DNA of 20,000 nucleotides from Chiloscyllium plagiosum (taxonomy: Eukaryota), in contig NC_057718.1 in assembly GCF_004010195.1 (NCBI RefSeq), positions 72,461,102-72,481,101 on the forward strand, given 5' to 3'. Below the pieces are notes generated by a model that saw only the letters and a list, made by a program, of their open reading frames with translations, ran no database searches and was not told the DNA's origin. Numbering within the stretch: the first letter of the stretch is position 1; each line of letters begins with the position of its first letter. Both the position numbers and the translations under genes were made by a program. Shown here in pieces: positions 10,080 through 19,835 of this stretch.

Positions 10080-10942
10080 TGAGCACTGGAACTAAGAGCA
10101 GTTGTATGCAGTTTGGCTTCTTGAAACTACACTATTTATAAGGTTACGGCTGATTTTAATGTGGCCTCAGTTCCATTTCCTGCCTACTCCATATAACCTT
10201 TGAGTACCTTGTTAGCATCTATCTACCTCTGCCTTGGAAACATTTCAATGACTATCTGGGTTTCCATCGTGGTATAATTCCACAGATTCATAAGAAAAAA
10301 TGTGCCCTTGTCTCCATCTTAAATGGAAGGTCCTTCTGCAACTTTGAACAGTTCTAGACGTCTCTACAAAAGGAAGCATCTTCCGACATCCATTATATAT
10401 AGAGCCTTCGGGTTCATTAATCATGGAAGCATACAATCCCTACAGTGTGGAAGCAGGTCATTCAGCCCATTGGGTCCACATCAACCCTTCAAAGAGCATC
10501 CCACCCAGACCCACACCCTATCGTATCCCTGTAACCCTGTGTTTCCTACACGAATACACCTAGCCTGCATGTACCTGAATGTATTGGGCAATTTAGCATA
10601 GCCAATCCACCTAACCTGCACATCTTTGGATTATGGGAAGAAACCAGAGCACCAGGAGGAAACCTATGCAGACATGGGGAGAATATGCAAATTCCACTCA
10701 GGTAGTCACCAGAGGGTGGAATTGAACCCGGGTCTCTGGCACTGTGAGGCAGCAGTGCTAACCATTGAGCTACCATGCTGTGCCAAGATTGCTTCTCATT
10801 CTTAATTCCAAAGGATAGTGTGCAACCTGTCTGACCGTTTCTCATCAGATAACCCCCTCATACTAGGAGCAGTCAAGTGTTTTTCTGCACTACTTCTAGT
10901 ACAAATTCTTAGATAAGGCAACCAAAACTGTACACAGTACTC
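10080..10942 (-). mobile_element. Old CR1 3' remnant split by an HE1 SINE
   Basis: Minus strand EYCVQFWLPYLR (10900-10942), ...LSDEKRSDRL, and further CR1-like 3' sequence at 10080-10415. Confidence 0.6.
10430..10784 (-). mobile_element. HE1-type SINE, full length
   Basis: Reverse complement: ggcacagcatggtagctcaatggttagcactgctgcctcacagtgccagagacccgggttcaattcc ... cctgcttccacactgtaggg. Confidence 0.9.
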
Positions 10943-11134
10943 TTTTTTTTGAACACAGTAAAGATCCTGTTTACATGTGATCAATAGGAGGTGCTGACTG
11001 CATGTTATTTGTGGATTATGTCACAATCCAAAGAGCATTTTGTGGATTATGTTTGGCGTAACTGCATCATTTGCAAAGTAATTCCATCTGAGCACAGTCT
11101 TTGAATATGGATCTCTGGTTGCTACCTATACTTT

Positions 11135-11607
11135 GAGTCACAGAGCTGTACAGCATGGAAACAGACCCGATGGTCCAACTCGTCCATACCGCCCCAGATG
11201 TCCTAAATCAATCTAGGCCCATTTGCCAGCATTTGGCCCATATCCTCCTAAAGCCTTCCTATTCATCTAATGTCCAGATGCCTTTTAAATGTTCTAATTG
11301 TACCAGCCTCCGTCACTTCCTCTGGCAGCACATTTCATACACTCACTACGATCTACATGAAAAAGTTGCCCCTTAGGTTGCTTTTAAATCTTTCCCCTCT
11401 CACCTTAAACTTATATCCTCTAGTTTTGGACTCAGCTACCCTGTGGAAAAGACCTTGTCTATTTACACCATCCATTCCCATTCATGATTTTATAGACCAG
11501 TATAAGGTCACCTGTCAGCTTCTGATGATCTGGGGAAAATAGCCACACCCATTCAGCCTCTCCCTATAGCTCAAATCCCCAATCCTGGAAACATCCTTGT
11601 AAATCTT
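11135..11607 (-). mobile_element. CR1 LINE 3' end in the last PGM3 intron
   Basis: Minus strand RFTRMFPGL, GDL, RGYKFKVRGERFKSNLRGNFF; tail gggtctgtttccatgctgtacagctctgtgactc. Confidence 0.85.
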
Positions 11608-11721
11608 AGATGAGCCCAAAGAAAATCTCTGCATTCAGTCACTGATATGCCTAATGCACTTAATTTATCAGCTATTTTATATGTGTCATAGTTTGTGAAT
11701 TGCGGTTTGTTTATTTTGCAG

Positions 11722-11811
11722 ACAAATGCAGACACACTGGCATATGAAGTGAGCCTTGTTGTGTACAAATTGGCTGGAGGAGTAGGAGAGGAACCAAAGT
11801 TATTGCGTTGA
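11722..11811 (+). CDS. PGM3: PGM3 last coding exon (TNADTLAYEVSLVVYKLAGGVGEEPKLLR*)
   Basis: Acceptor ttattttgcag|ACA. Matches the recalled PGM3 C-terminus ([23 protein letters not shown]...). TGA at 11809-11811. Confidence 0.94.
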   Translation, partial: TNADTLAYEVSLVVYKLAGGVGEEPKLLR

Positions 11812-11950
11812 GGAAAACAAGATAATTGGTAAATGTGTCTACATGCAGTCTTTGGGCCTTTATATTAAGACTACAAAGAGACACTGGCTGGGGAGTGGGG
11901 GAGACGGGTGGTGGGAAGGGTTTTTGATTGGAATTTGTGATCCTTCAAAG

Positions 11951-11956
11951 ATTAAA
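11951..11956 (+). promoter_or_regulatory. Candidate polyadenylation signal (ATTAAA) of PGM3
   Basis: ATTAAA about 140 nt after the stop codon, followed by T/GT-rich sequence (ttattttgcatgtttattt). Usage not verifiable from DNA. Confidence 0.35.
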
Positions 11957-12254
11957 ATACTTATTTTGCATGTTTATTTCACAATCAAGTAGTAATGGTG
12001 CTTGCATGAGAACTGCTGGTTATAAAATTTGATATTGAATAGTTGGAATTCTTTGTTTTGACCTGAATGTGAATACAACTAAGAAAAAGCACTAGAACAG
12101 GAACATAAGCCAAACTTTGTATGGTCTTGCAAGATAGCAGCATCCAAGCTTGAGATGTCCTTTTTTACCCTAGTTTGGAAAAATCTAGGGTGCCAGGAAT
12201 GTTGGTTCCCCACATTATCCAAAAATGTTGCTGACACTTGTGCCCATGCATTAG

Positions 12255-12607
12255 TAGATTTAAGTCCTCATGCAGAACTGAGGTTCCAAACTGATAGTCG
12301 AATGGAATATTGGAGGAGTGCTACACTAAAGGATGTGTCAACTTTTGTGACTTTGAGCATCTGCTGACTTCCATAAGTGTTTCCTTTACTTCACATGTAC
12401 GTTTTTTGGAGTGTCAGAACATTAGTCATTGACCAAGTACACTGTGGTCACAAAGATCTGGCTATCATTAGCCAGATTGTAGTTTGTGGAAACTCACTGT
12501 ATGTGAATTAGGTATATTACAATAATTACAACAGTTGAAAGAAGAATTTAAATGTTTTGACTGTTCTCTGCTTGTGAAAGGCACTATGTGAACACAAATT
12601 TGTTTTT
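12255..12607 (+). mobile_element. Old Deu-domain-type SINE remnant downstream of or within the PGM3 3'UTR
   Basis: ttaagtcctca...aatattggaggagtgctacact...atctggctatcatt...tgtagtttgtggaaactcactgt...attacaacag...gtgaaaggcactat resembles the recalled SacSINE/AmnSINE layout. Confidence 0.55.
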
Positions 12608-12842
12608 AGTTCAACTGCATTTATCGTAAATGCTATCACCAGGAAGCATAAAAGTGAATATGTGCTATGCCTTGACCTGAGGCAAGAGAAGGAAGTGGGA
12701 CTGTGTTGCCAGCTGAATTTGGGAACCCTAGCTGAGTCCGAGCAGGCTTCCACTCCCCCAGTGCGAGCCGCTAAGAAGGCAGAGGACCCTCTGTGTTATG
12801 TCGTCAGCACACGTGCATGTGTTTCCAACACCGTCTCTAGAG

Positions 12843-12939
12843 ACAAAAAAACTGCAGATGCTGTCCTGAAGTAGGGTTACACCCAAACTGTTGACTTCCC
12901 CGCCTCCTGATGCTGCCAGTCTTGCTGTGTTGTTCCAGC
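12843..12939. mobile_element. Small Penelope-like insertion with inverted halves
   Basis: aaaaaaactgcagatgctg (minus-strand tip) joined to cctgaagtagggttacacccaaactgttgac...tgatgctgcc...ttccagca (plus strand). Confidence 0.6.
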
Positions 12940-13587
12940 ATGGAGACAGCCAGCGAAATCAAATCAGTGACCCTATTCATGTACTTTCAACCCAGTGCAA
13001 TTAAAGAACAGGATGACCCTTAAAGTTGATTCCCAACCAGACATTCTGATAACCGGTACCAGACTTTGTGAATAACCAATACGACCACCAGGTTTGTAGC
13101 TTAATAAGTTGTTAAATCTTTAGTTTACTAAGTTTTGCAGAGCTAAGTTAAACCACAAGATAGCTTAATTAATGTATGACTTCTACACAGTCATCTTCAA
13201 TTCCAGCTCCCCATTCTCTCAGACAAACAGTTTGAAAAACACACTCCTTTAAAAGGAAAAAAGAGGTATAACCAGCCAGTTAACTTAAGCAGATCCCATG
13301 ATCCGTAATATCACAAGCACATGAGATTGTGTCTTGTTCGGTTTCTGAAGACATTAATGCATGCAGATAATTTCCAGTAAGCTCCAAGGAATATTCAATC
13401 AAATTTTACCAGAAGTTCAGAGAATGGAATCTCAGTTATAAGTTGATAATGAGGGGAGAAGAGTTTTCAAGCTTCCATATTGTATCTGTGGTAGTTGAAA
13501 TCCTTCTGACCTAAAAACAGTCCAAACGCCAGTTCAAATTCTGGCCCCTCCCTGTCAGATAGATGCCCTCCCACAAAGTCCCAGTTA

Positions 13588-13885
13588 ACATAGAATCCCT
13601 CCAGTGTGGAAGCAGGCCATCTGGCACATTGAATCCCCACTGAACCTCTGAAAAGCACCCCACCCAGAACTACCCCCTTACCCTACTCCTGTGAGCCTGC
13701 ACATCCTGGATACTATGGCCAGTCCACTTAACCTGCATGTCTTGGAATCTGGAGCAGCTGGAGGAAACCCACACAGACATGGGGAGAATGTACAAATTCT
13801 ACATATTATCCAAGGGTGGAATCAAATTCAGATTCCTGGTGCTGTGAGGCAGCAATGCTAGCCACTCAGCCATCATGCAGCACCC
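13588..13885 (-). mobile_element. HE1-type SINE
   Basis: gctgtgaggcagcaatgctagccactcagcc head and cagtgtggaagcaggcca tail on the + strand, as at 10430-10784. Confidence 0.85.
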
Positions 13886-14619
13886 CCACCAATTTTCAAT
13901 GCCATCTTTTTTAGAATTATACCTCTCCAGAGATGAAGTGTCTTTTAACAAGAATCAACCTGCAATTAATTTTCAAGCCTGGCCTCATAAATCAATTAAC
14001 AGTTTCTCTATTCATCTTTTAAACAAGCTGCTGCTCACAGTCCAAAGGTCACTTTCAACTCTCCGTTCATAGCTCCAAAATAAAAATGAAAAAAAGGATG
14101 AAACAAAGTAATGAAAAATCATTGAGGTTTCTAACATGTTGCAGACAGATGATGTCACTGGCCACATCTGTGAATGTGCTTTGCATTTTGGATAGTCACT
14201 GTTTTGGTTTACTAGTGGCAATGTGCTATGTTGGACAATGACTGACCTGCTAATACAGGACACTCGTACTGAAACTGAATTTATTTTTCCAGTCAATGCA
14301 AATTATTTTATATATTGGTAACATTGTAAACAGACAGGAAAAGAAAAGGGCCACAAAATATTCTATTACAAAATGTGTAAAGTGAAATCTTTCAGCTGTA
14401 TATGTTTTCTAGATAGTGACTAAATGGGACCTCAAAATTTCTTTAGATGGACAGGATCAAGAGGCATGAGGAAAGATGGTAAATTGTGACTGTCCTGTTT
14501 ACCTCCCTTTCATTCTTATCCGGGTTAAACCCATTTAATTTCATCGGCTTCTCCCAGGGCGTGATGTTTACAGACAATTTTACAGAACTACTGCAAGCAA
14601 CTTATTTGTAGCTCCTTCA

Positions 14620-15355
14620 TTTTTGAGACCTTAATTTGTTTTATTGTTCTCATTTTTGGTTTGTAATTTAGTCTTGAAATTGACCTTTGAGCAGCAGCTT
14701 GTTTTGTAAAGTGAGACCAAGCAGACTGATATTTGTGACTTTAGGTTGATCGCGATTCCTGGAACATTACAGACTTTCAAGCACTAAGGTGTGTTGCTCA
14801 GGGACTGGCAATGTTGGATGTTGAAATGGTCAATCAAGAGCAGAATGGTGCCTGCCAGCCAATCACAGAGGATGTTGGAAAAGGAAGAGAAGCCAGATTT
14901 GAATTGGTTTGGCCTGGGCTGCTGGACTGGGAGCATTTTATGAGTTTTAATATCTCTAATTTTATACCCAGTTAAAGAATTGTTAAAAGTTTTGAGGGAA
15001 GAAACCCATTCCAGAAGACATAGTTCCAGAGGTCCATAGAAGTTGTTTGCATGAAGTGATGACTTCAGAATTCAAGCAAAATACAATGCTTTGTGTCTGA
15101 AATACGATGTATTATTCAATGGTTTCTGGAGGCCTTGTACTCATTTTGAAACCATTGAACTGGCAAATTACAACACTTTAATTTATCCATTGCGTCTCAG
15201 TGAGAGTGGAGTAGTGTTTAAAGTAATGGGCTTTGCTTTGTTTCTTCATGTTCTGCTACTTACTAAAATTAAAACTTTTGTTTTATTAATAATGTGTTGC
15301 AAATCCAGGGATGGGGAGGCAGATTTGGTTTGGTGTGCTGCCGCTGTATGTAACA
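14620..15355 (+). mobile_element. Solo-LTR-like element B, related to element A
   Basis: Ends in TAACA at 15351-15355; CCAAT near 14860; ATTAAA at 15268-15273; three motifs shared with A. 5' boundary approximate. Confidence 0.45.
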
Positions 15356-16157
15356 TTCCGAATTTTTTTTTGAGTCTGAATGCTGTGCTTCATAAAACCA
15401 ATCAGAAATTAGTGAAAGGTCTTTGTGTAGGGTAATAAGCAAATGCCTGTACAGTTTAGTGTGACTGTGCTAGAGTTCATTGTGACATTTTTGTTGGAAG
15501 TACTTTTAATAATCTTAAATATGCTCCATTCAAGTTAGATCATATAATCTTATGAAAATATGTCATTTAAAATCAAAACTTATTTTCCTAACTTGCTGTA
15601 AAAGGAGAAATCATGATGTCATAGACTTCTACATTCCTTATAATGATTCTTATAAAACTTGTATTTGCATTATTTCTATAAAATTTATTGTAAGATCACA
15701 ATATAGTTGTGTTGTTCCTGTGTCAGTGTCAATGTTCCGTGCAGTGTGCCTGACAATGAAAAATAAGTTAATTGTGACTTACGTACCTTCTCAGTCGTCT
15801 TTTGACTGTCAGCAAAGTGCTGGAAGGTGTGAAGCAGCATTTGATATTAAGTTTGGGTTCCACAGGAGCAACTTGCTTTCTTCATACCCCATCCATTCCA
15901 ACACAGTGAATATGCTCATATGTTACAGTCAAATCAAAGAAATTCTGAGAAGACTCAAAAAACAATATAAGGAGCTGAAATAGAATGATGTCAGATTGGT
16001 ACCAAAATAAGCCATATCGCCCTATAGAATAATCCAATCAGTGGCATTTCCTCATCCCCTCCAACATTATCCCCTTTTTCATTTTTTTCTTATATCCAGA
16101 TGTGCTCATACACTCAATTGAATGTTTTTTAAACCCATCACCAAATCATCGTGACAC

Positions 16158-17785
16158 TTTTTTTTACCTTCATCTACTACCCCACCAGTAAATCACCCAT
16201 GTAGCCAATCTACTATTCCCACCAGTAAATCACCCATGTAGCCAATTGGATATTTACATACAAAGCCTGTTAAGGGCAGTGCGAAGCATTGAAAGGTGAG
16301 AGGGGAGGTAGGGGAACAGGCAAGGGCTAAATCAAAGTGCAATTGAAGAGGGAAGTAAAGCACCGCAGTGCAACCTTCGAGAGTATTGGTGGACATAGCA
16401 TGCTGTTTCTCCATGGACACCCAGGAATGAATGTAGCTGTGGAAAAGGGGAAGACAATCAATCAGCAGAAACGACCACCTCCATGGCTCATTACTTGTCC
16501 TTGTTATGGATAACTTGGCCAAGCCCTGGAGCAGACCTCCTTTTCAGTTCCTTTGCACCCCTCAATTCTACCCAAAGATCATGAGTCTGGGGCTGAACTG
16601 CAACCAACGAAAGATTTTTCAAATAACTAAAACAGGAAGTGTAGTCGCCCATAACCAATATTTACGTGATCAACACACTCCACAGCACTGTGAAATAAAC
16701 AGTTGGACTGGGAGTGAGTCTGTCAATTGCCACATTCTGAGGACGGCTGTGTGCAACACTCTCCACCCCAGGTCTCCAAATGGAAACTGCGAGAACTCTA
16801 GAGTCGAGAACCATCCACTCGGAATCACCATGTCTGGTGGTAAATGAGAACAGGTGACAGATGAAGGCAAATTGGGTGGTGTGCTGCAGCAGCAGGCTGT
16901 ATAAAAATGCCTCTTTGTGAGTCTGACGAATGTGGAGGGCATTCCCGAAAGACTGCTCAGGTTCTGGTTTGTGGGCTTCTGAGGAAGGTTCAGAACCCTG
17001 GATTCAGTGTGAAATTCCATCTGAACAGGAGAATGCAAAGATAGGATCCCAGTAAACACCCAACTATCCTCTGACTGGTGTACAACATTATTTCTGAGCA
17101 CTAATGGTACCATTTGCAAGCTGGATGCCCACTATTGCCAGTTCCTGGGTAACATCTAGCCAGACCTCCACTGCCCACACGAACTGGTGATGTGGAGGTG
17201 AGGATTCTGACAGCAGGAAACCCCAGTACAAACCAACCATGTTCCAGACAAAAGACAGGAAGACAAAGAATCTTGTGAGCTATGAACAGGAGCATAATTA
17301 AGATTGCACACATGACAGAAGAAATATGTTGTCAAGTGGCATCATCTGGAGGGAACTTAACATGAAGATATTGCTGCAGTGTCTGAACACAGAAAGTCAT
17401 TACCTTGGGGGTGCAGAGATACATCAGCTTGACCTTCTTACTGGAAAGACTCAGGACCTCTGCTGTGACACAGTGCATCTTCTTGTCCCAGAAGATGTGA
17501 GCCAACATCTTCTGGACTTCTGTGGCAAAACTAGGAGAGGGGTCAAAGGGACCAGCTAGTAATGGAGCGTGGAGGCCAAATGCTGGTTTATGACTAACAC
17601 TTGGAGCAGTTCTGTCCAGCAGCCTAGGTAAACAGAGACTTTGGCCTCCATTTAGCTTGAATTCCTCAGCCAGCTGAGGTAGACCACCACAGATAGAGAT
17701 AAGTGGTGCTCCAGTTGAAGCCCTGTAACTCCACTATCAAGGCACGGACCAACAGGAGTCCGAAACATTTGGTCCAGTTGATTCT
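16158..17785 (-). mobile_element. Decayed Tx1-clade LINE, 3' part of ORF2 and 3'UTR
   Basis: Minus-strand peptides in Tx1 ORF2 order: RINWTKCFGLL; FATEVQKMLAHIFWDKKMHCVTAEVLSL...VMTFCVQTLQQYL; NLSSLSGMP; GDLGWRVLH; MAKLSI...LFHSYIHSWVSME. They match recalled Xenopus Tx1 ORF2 (RINWSKSSGLL; FIAKIQRRLLDFLW..KHWVSAGV; NLSQLENFP; GDLSWKVLH; LAKLVI). Possible A8 tail at 16158-16165. Confidence 0.82.
16172..16246. repeat. Tandem duplication, 2 x about 36 bp
   Basis: atctactac-cccaccagtaaatcacccatgtagcca followed by atctactattcccaccagtaaatcacccatgtagcca. Confidence 0.95.
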
Positions 17786-18290
17786 TAGAACATAGAACAT
17801 AGAACAATACAGCGCAGTACAGGCCCTTCGGCCCTCGATGTTGCGCCGATCCAAGCCCACCTAACCTACACTAGCCCACTATCCTCCATATGCCTATCCA
17901 ATGCCCGCTTAAATGCCCATAATGAGGGAGAGTCAGCACCACTGCTACTGGCAGGGCATTCCATGAACTCACGACTCGCTGAGTAAAGAACCTACCCCTA
18001 ACATCTGTCCTATACCTATCCCCCCTTAATTTAAAGCTATGCCCCCTTGTAATAGCCGACTCCATACGTGGAAAAAGATTCTCACTGTCGACCCTATCTA
18101 AACCCCTAATCATCTTGTACACCTCCATCAAGTCACCCCTAAACCTTCTTTTCTCCAATGAAAACAACCCCAAGTGCCTCAGCCTTTCCCCATACGATCT
18201 TTCTGCCATACCAGGCAACATCCTGGTAAACCTCCTCTGCACCCGTTCCAGTGCCTCCACATCCTTCCTATAAGTGCCTCCATATCCTTC
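17786..18290 (-). mobile_element. Young 5'-truncated CR1/HER1 LINE
   Basis: Nearly intact frame EALERVQRRFTRMLPGM...RGDLMEVYKMIRG...FFTQRVVSSWNALP; retained CpGs; (TTCTATG)n-type tail seen as tagaacatagaacatagaac. Confidence 0.92.
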
Positions 18291-18291
18291 A

Positions 18292-19187
18292 TTGGGGGAG
18301 TGGGAGGTGAGTTGAAGTGTTCGGCCATGGAGCAGTGGGGATGGTCGGTGTTAACTTTTCTGCCTAATTTAAAACGAGCAACACAGAAATATTTAGCTGT
18401 AATCTGTAAATATTCGAATGGCCAAGTTCTATTTAAAGTAATAATTAACTACTTTATTTCTTAAAGTGTAACAGAGAATAATTAACTCACAACTATGAAA
18501 AAATACTTACTTTAACCCATCTTTTACCTTCCCTTCTATGAAATCAGTTACCAAAAACTCCCAATTAAGATTTCCTAAACCACATTTCTTATCACTCAAC
18601 CAGGCAGCTTTCAATTGATCTATTTGGATCTTCCTGTGACTTCTTATCTTCCTCATAGGAATTTCTGCATCAGAAATTACAGATTTATAAAGTAGTTTTA
18701 AGAGAGCTATTTTTCAGGCAGACTGGTGGCATGGCAGTTCTCCTCCCAAATATTAAATTTTCCCAGTTTTATACCCCAGAGCATCAGATTGTGTCATTGA
18801 CTTTTAAGATTGTCAATATAATCAATTCAAAACTGGACTGGAGTTTCATATTTTTCGAAATATAATTTAAACTGATTGGCCGAATTCAAATTTGTTTTTG
18901 TCTCCAGGCAACGAGCTAATCGAGTTGTTTTACCAAATATTACATTCTTACTTTATTGAGAACATTTGGTGCTGCATCTGATAGTTCTGCTGCGTTTAAC
19001 CCTCTTAAAGTACACCCAACCCTTCATAACAGTTGGTGTTGGCGTTTCAGAGATGTTCCGAATGTGGAGGAGACTACATCAGGTGTAACATTGGTGGAAG
19101 TACAGGTAAATTTCTGTCATATGTCGAAGTATCATTTGAGGCCTTGGACGGAGGTGAGGGGAGAGGTGCGGGTGCAAGTTTTGCACT
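18292..19187 (-). mobile_element. Penelope-like GIY-YIG region fragment, split by a solo LTR
   Basis: Minus strand CKTCTRTSPLTSVQGLK*YFDI*QKFTCTSTNV (about 19095-19187) and, beyond the LTR, MAEHFNSPPTP (about 18295-18330). These resemble the Cys linker and GIY-YIG end of vertebrate Penelope ORFs. Confidence 0.7.
18349..19031 (-). mobile_element. Solo LTR (TGTTA...TAACA) with 5-bp TSD
   Basis: Flanks GTCGG (18344-18348) and GTTGG (19032-19036), one CpG-type mismatch. Minus-strand CCAAT (18875-18879), TATAAAA (18767-18773) and AATAAA (18453-18458) in LTR order. Flanks rejoin into a continuous Penelope-like sequence. Confidence 0.8.
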
Positions 19188-19325
19188 AAACATCTCTGGG
19201 ACACCTGAACTTAAAAACCCTACCGCCACGTGCATAAACATCTCAACAAGTGCATGCAGGTCCTGGGTCTCCTTCATCGCAAACCTTCCAATCCAACACC
19301 TGGAGGAAGAATGCCTTATTTTCCT
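19188..19325 (+). mobile_element. Penelope-like ORF C-terminal fragment, inverted relative to 18292-19187
   Basis: KHLWDT...MQVLGLLHRK...HLEEECLIF resembles the Penelope C-terminus (EHLRDT...MQVLGLLH...RLEEERLIF). Confidence 0.65.
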
Positions 19326-19477
19326 GCATTTTTTGATCTTTTAAATTGGATCAAATTTGGAGTTGATCATTTCATATTTGTGATGATGCACTCACTGTGG
19401 GGATATCCAATCCCAGAGTAAAATCGAAAAAGGGAGTTATGGCTGCAGCAGGGATTTGGCTGTGCATGAGAAACTCC

Positions 19478-19797
19478 ATTTTTTTTTTAATTAAAGGGAT
19501 TTGGGTATTGCTGGGTAGGTAAACATTTCCTACGCTTCTGTAATTGCCCAGAGAGCATGTAACAGTCAACAAGGTTGTTACGGGTCTGGAGTCACATGTG
19601 GGGTCGATGAGGTAAGAATGACAGATCGCCTTCCCCAAAGGACATCAGTGAATGAAATGGTTTTTCTTCCTGACAACTGACAACTGTTTCATCATCATCA
19701 TTGGACTCATTGAAGTTCTAACATCTGCCATGGGGAATGTTACCTAAGTCTATGAATTAACAATCTCGTGATAGGTCCATTAGGCCATCGTCCTCCA
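19478..19797 (-). mobile_element. tRNA-derived SINE of a second shark-type family
   Basis: gggtctggagtcacatgt...aaggacatcagtgaa...catcattggactc...taggccatcgtcctcc; the reverse complement begins ggaggacgatggcctaatgg (A-box-like). Confidence 0.7.
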
Positions 19798-19835
19798 ACA
19801 TCTATAGTAATGGTGTGAATCCACAGAGATTTAAG

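Larger units (their letters stand above)
12794..14136 (-). mobile_element. Solo-LTR-like element A, interrupted by a Penelope-like piece and an HE1 SINE
   Basis: Bounded by TGTTA...TAACA. Shares three collinear motifs in inverted orientation with 14620-15355. No clear TSD. Confidence 0.5.

Noticed and set aside
10720..10784. tRNA-like sequences (also near 4020-4075, 13820-13880, 19840-19890)
   Set aside because: These are heads of tRNA-derived SINEs continuing into SINE bodies, not standalone tRNA genes.
11722..11731. Second CAG acceptor 10 nt into the last exon (tgcagaca repeated)
   Set aside because: Its use would shift the frame and lose PGM3 homology; the first AG directly follows the pyrimidine tract.
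12660..12793. GC-richer coding-looking stretch (MLCLDLRQEKEV...KKAEDPL)
   Set aside because: No recognisable homology or splice structure, and the ORF runs into repeats. A BLASTX search would settle it.
15552..15983. 143-aa ORF, and a minus-strand donor-like site near 15778-15790
   Set aside because: AT-rich, no recognisable domain in any frame I translated, and no convincing partner splice site.
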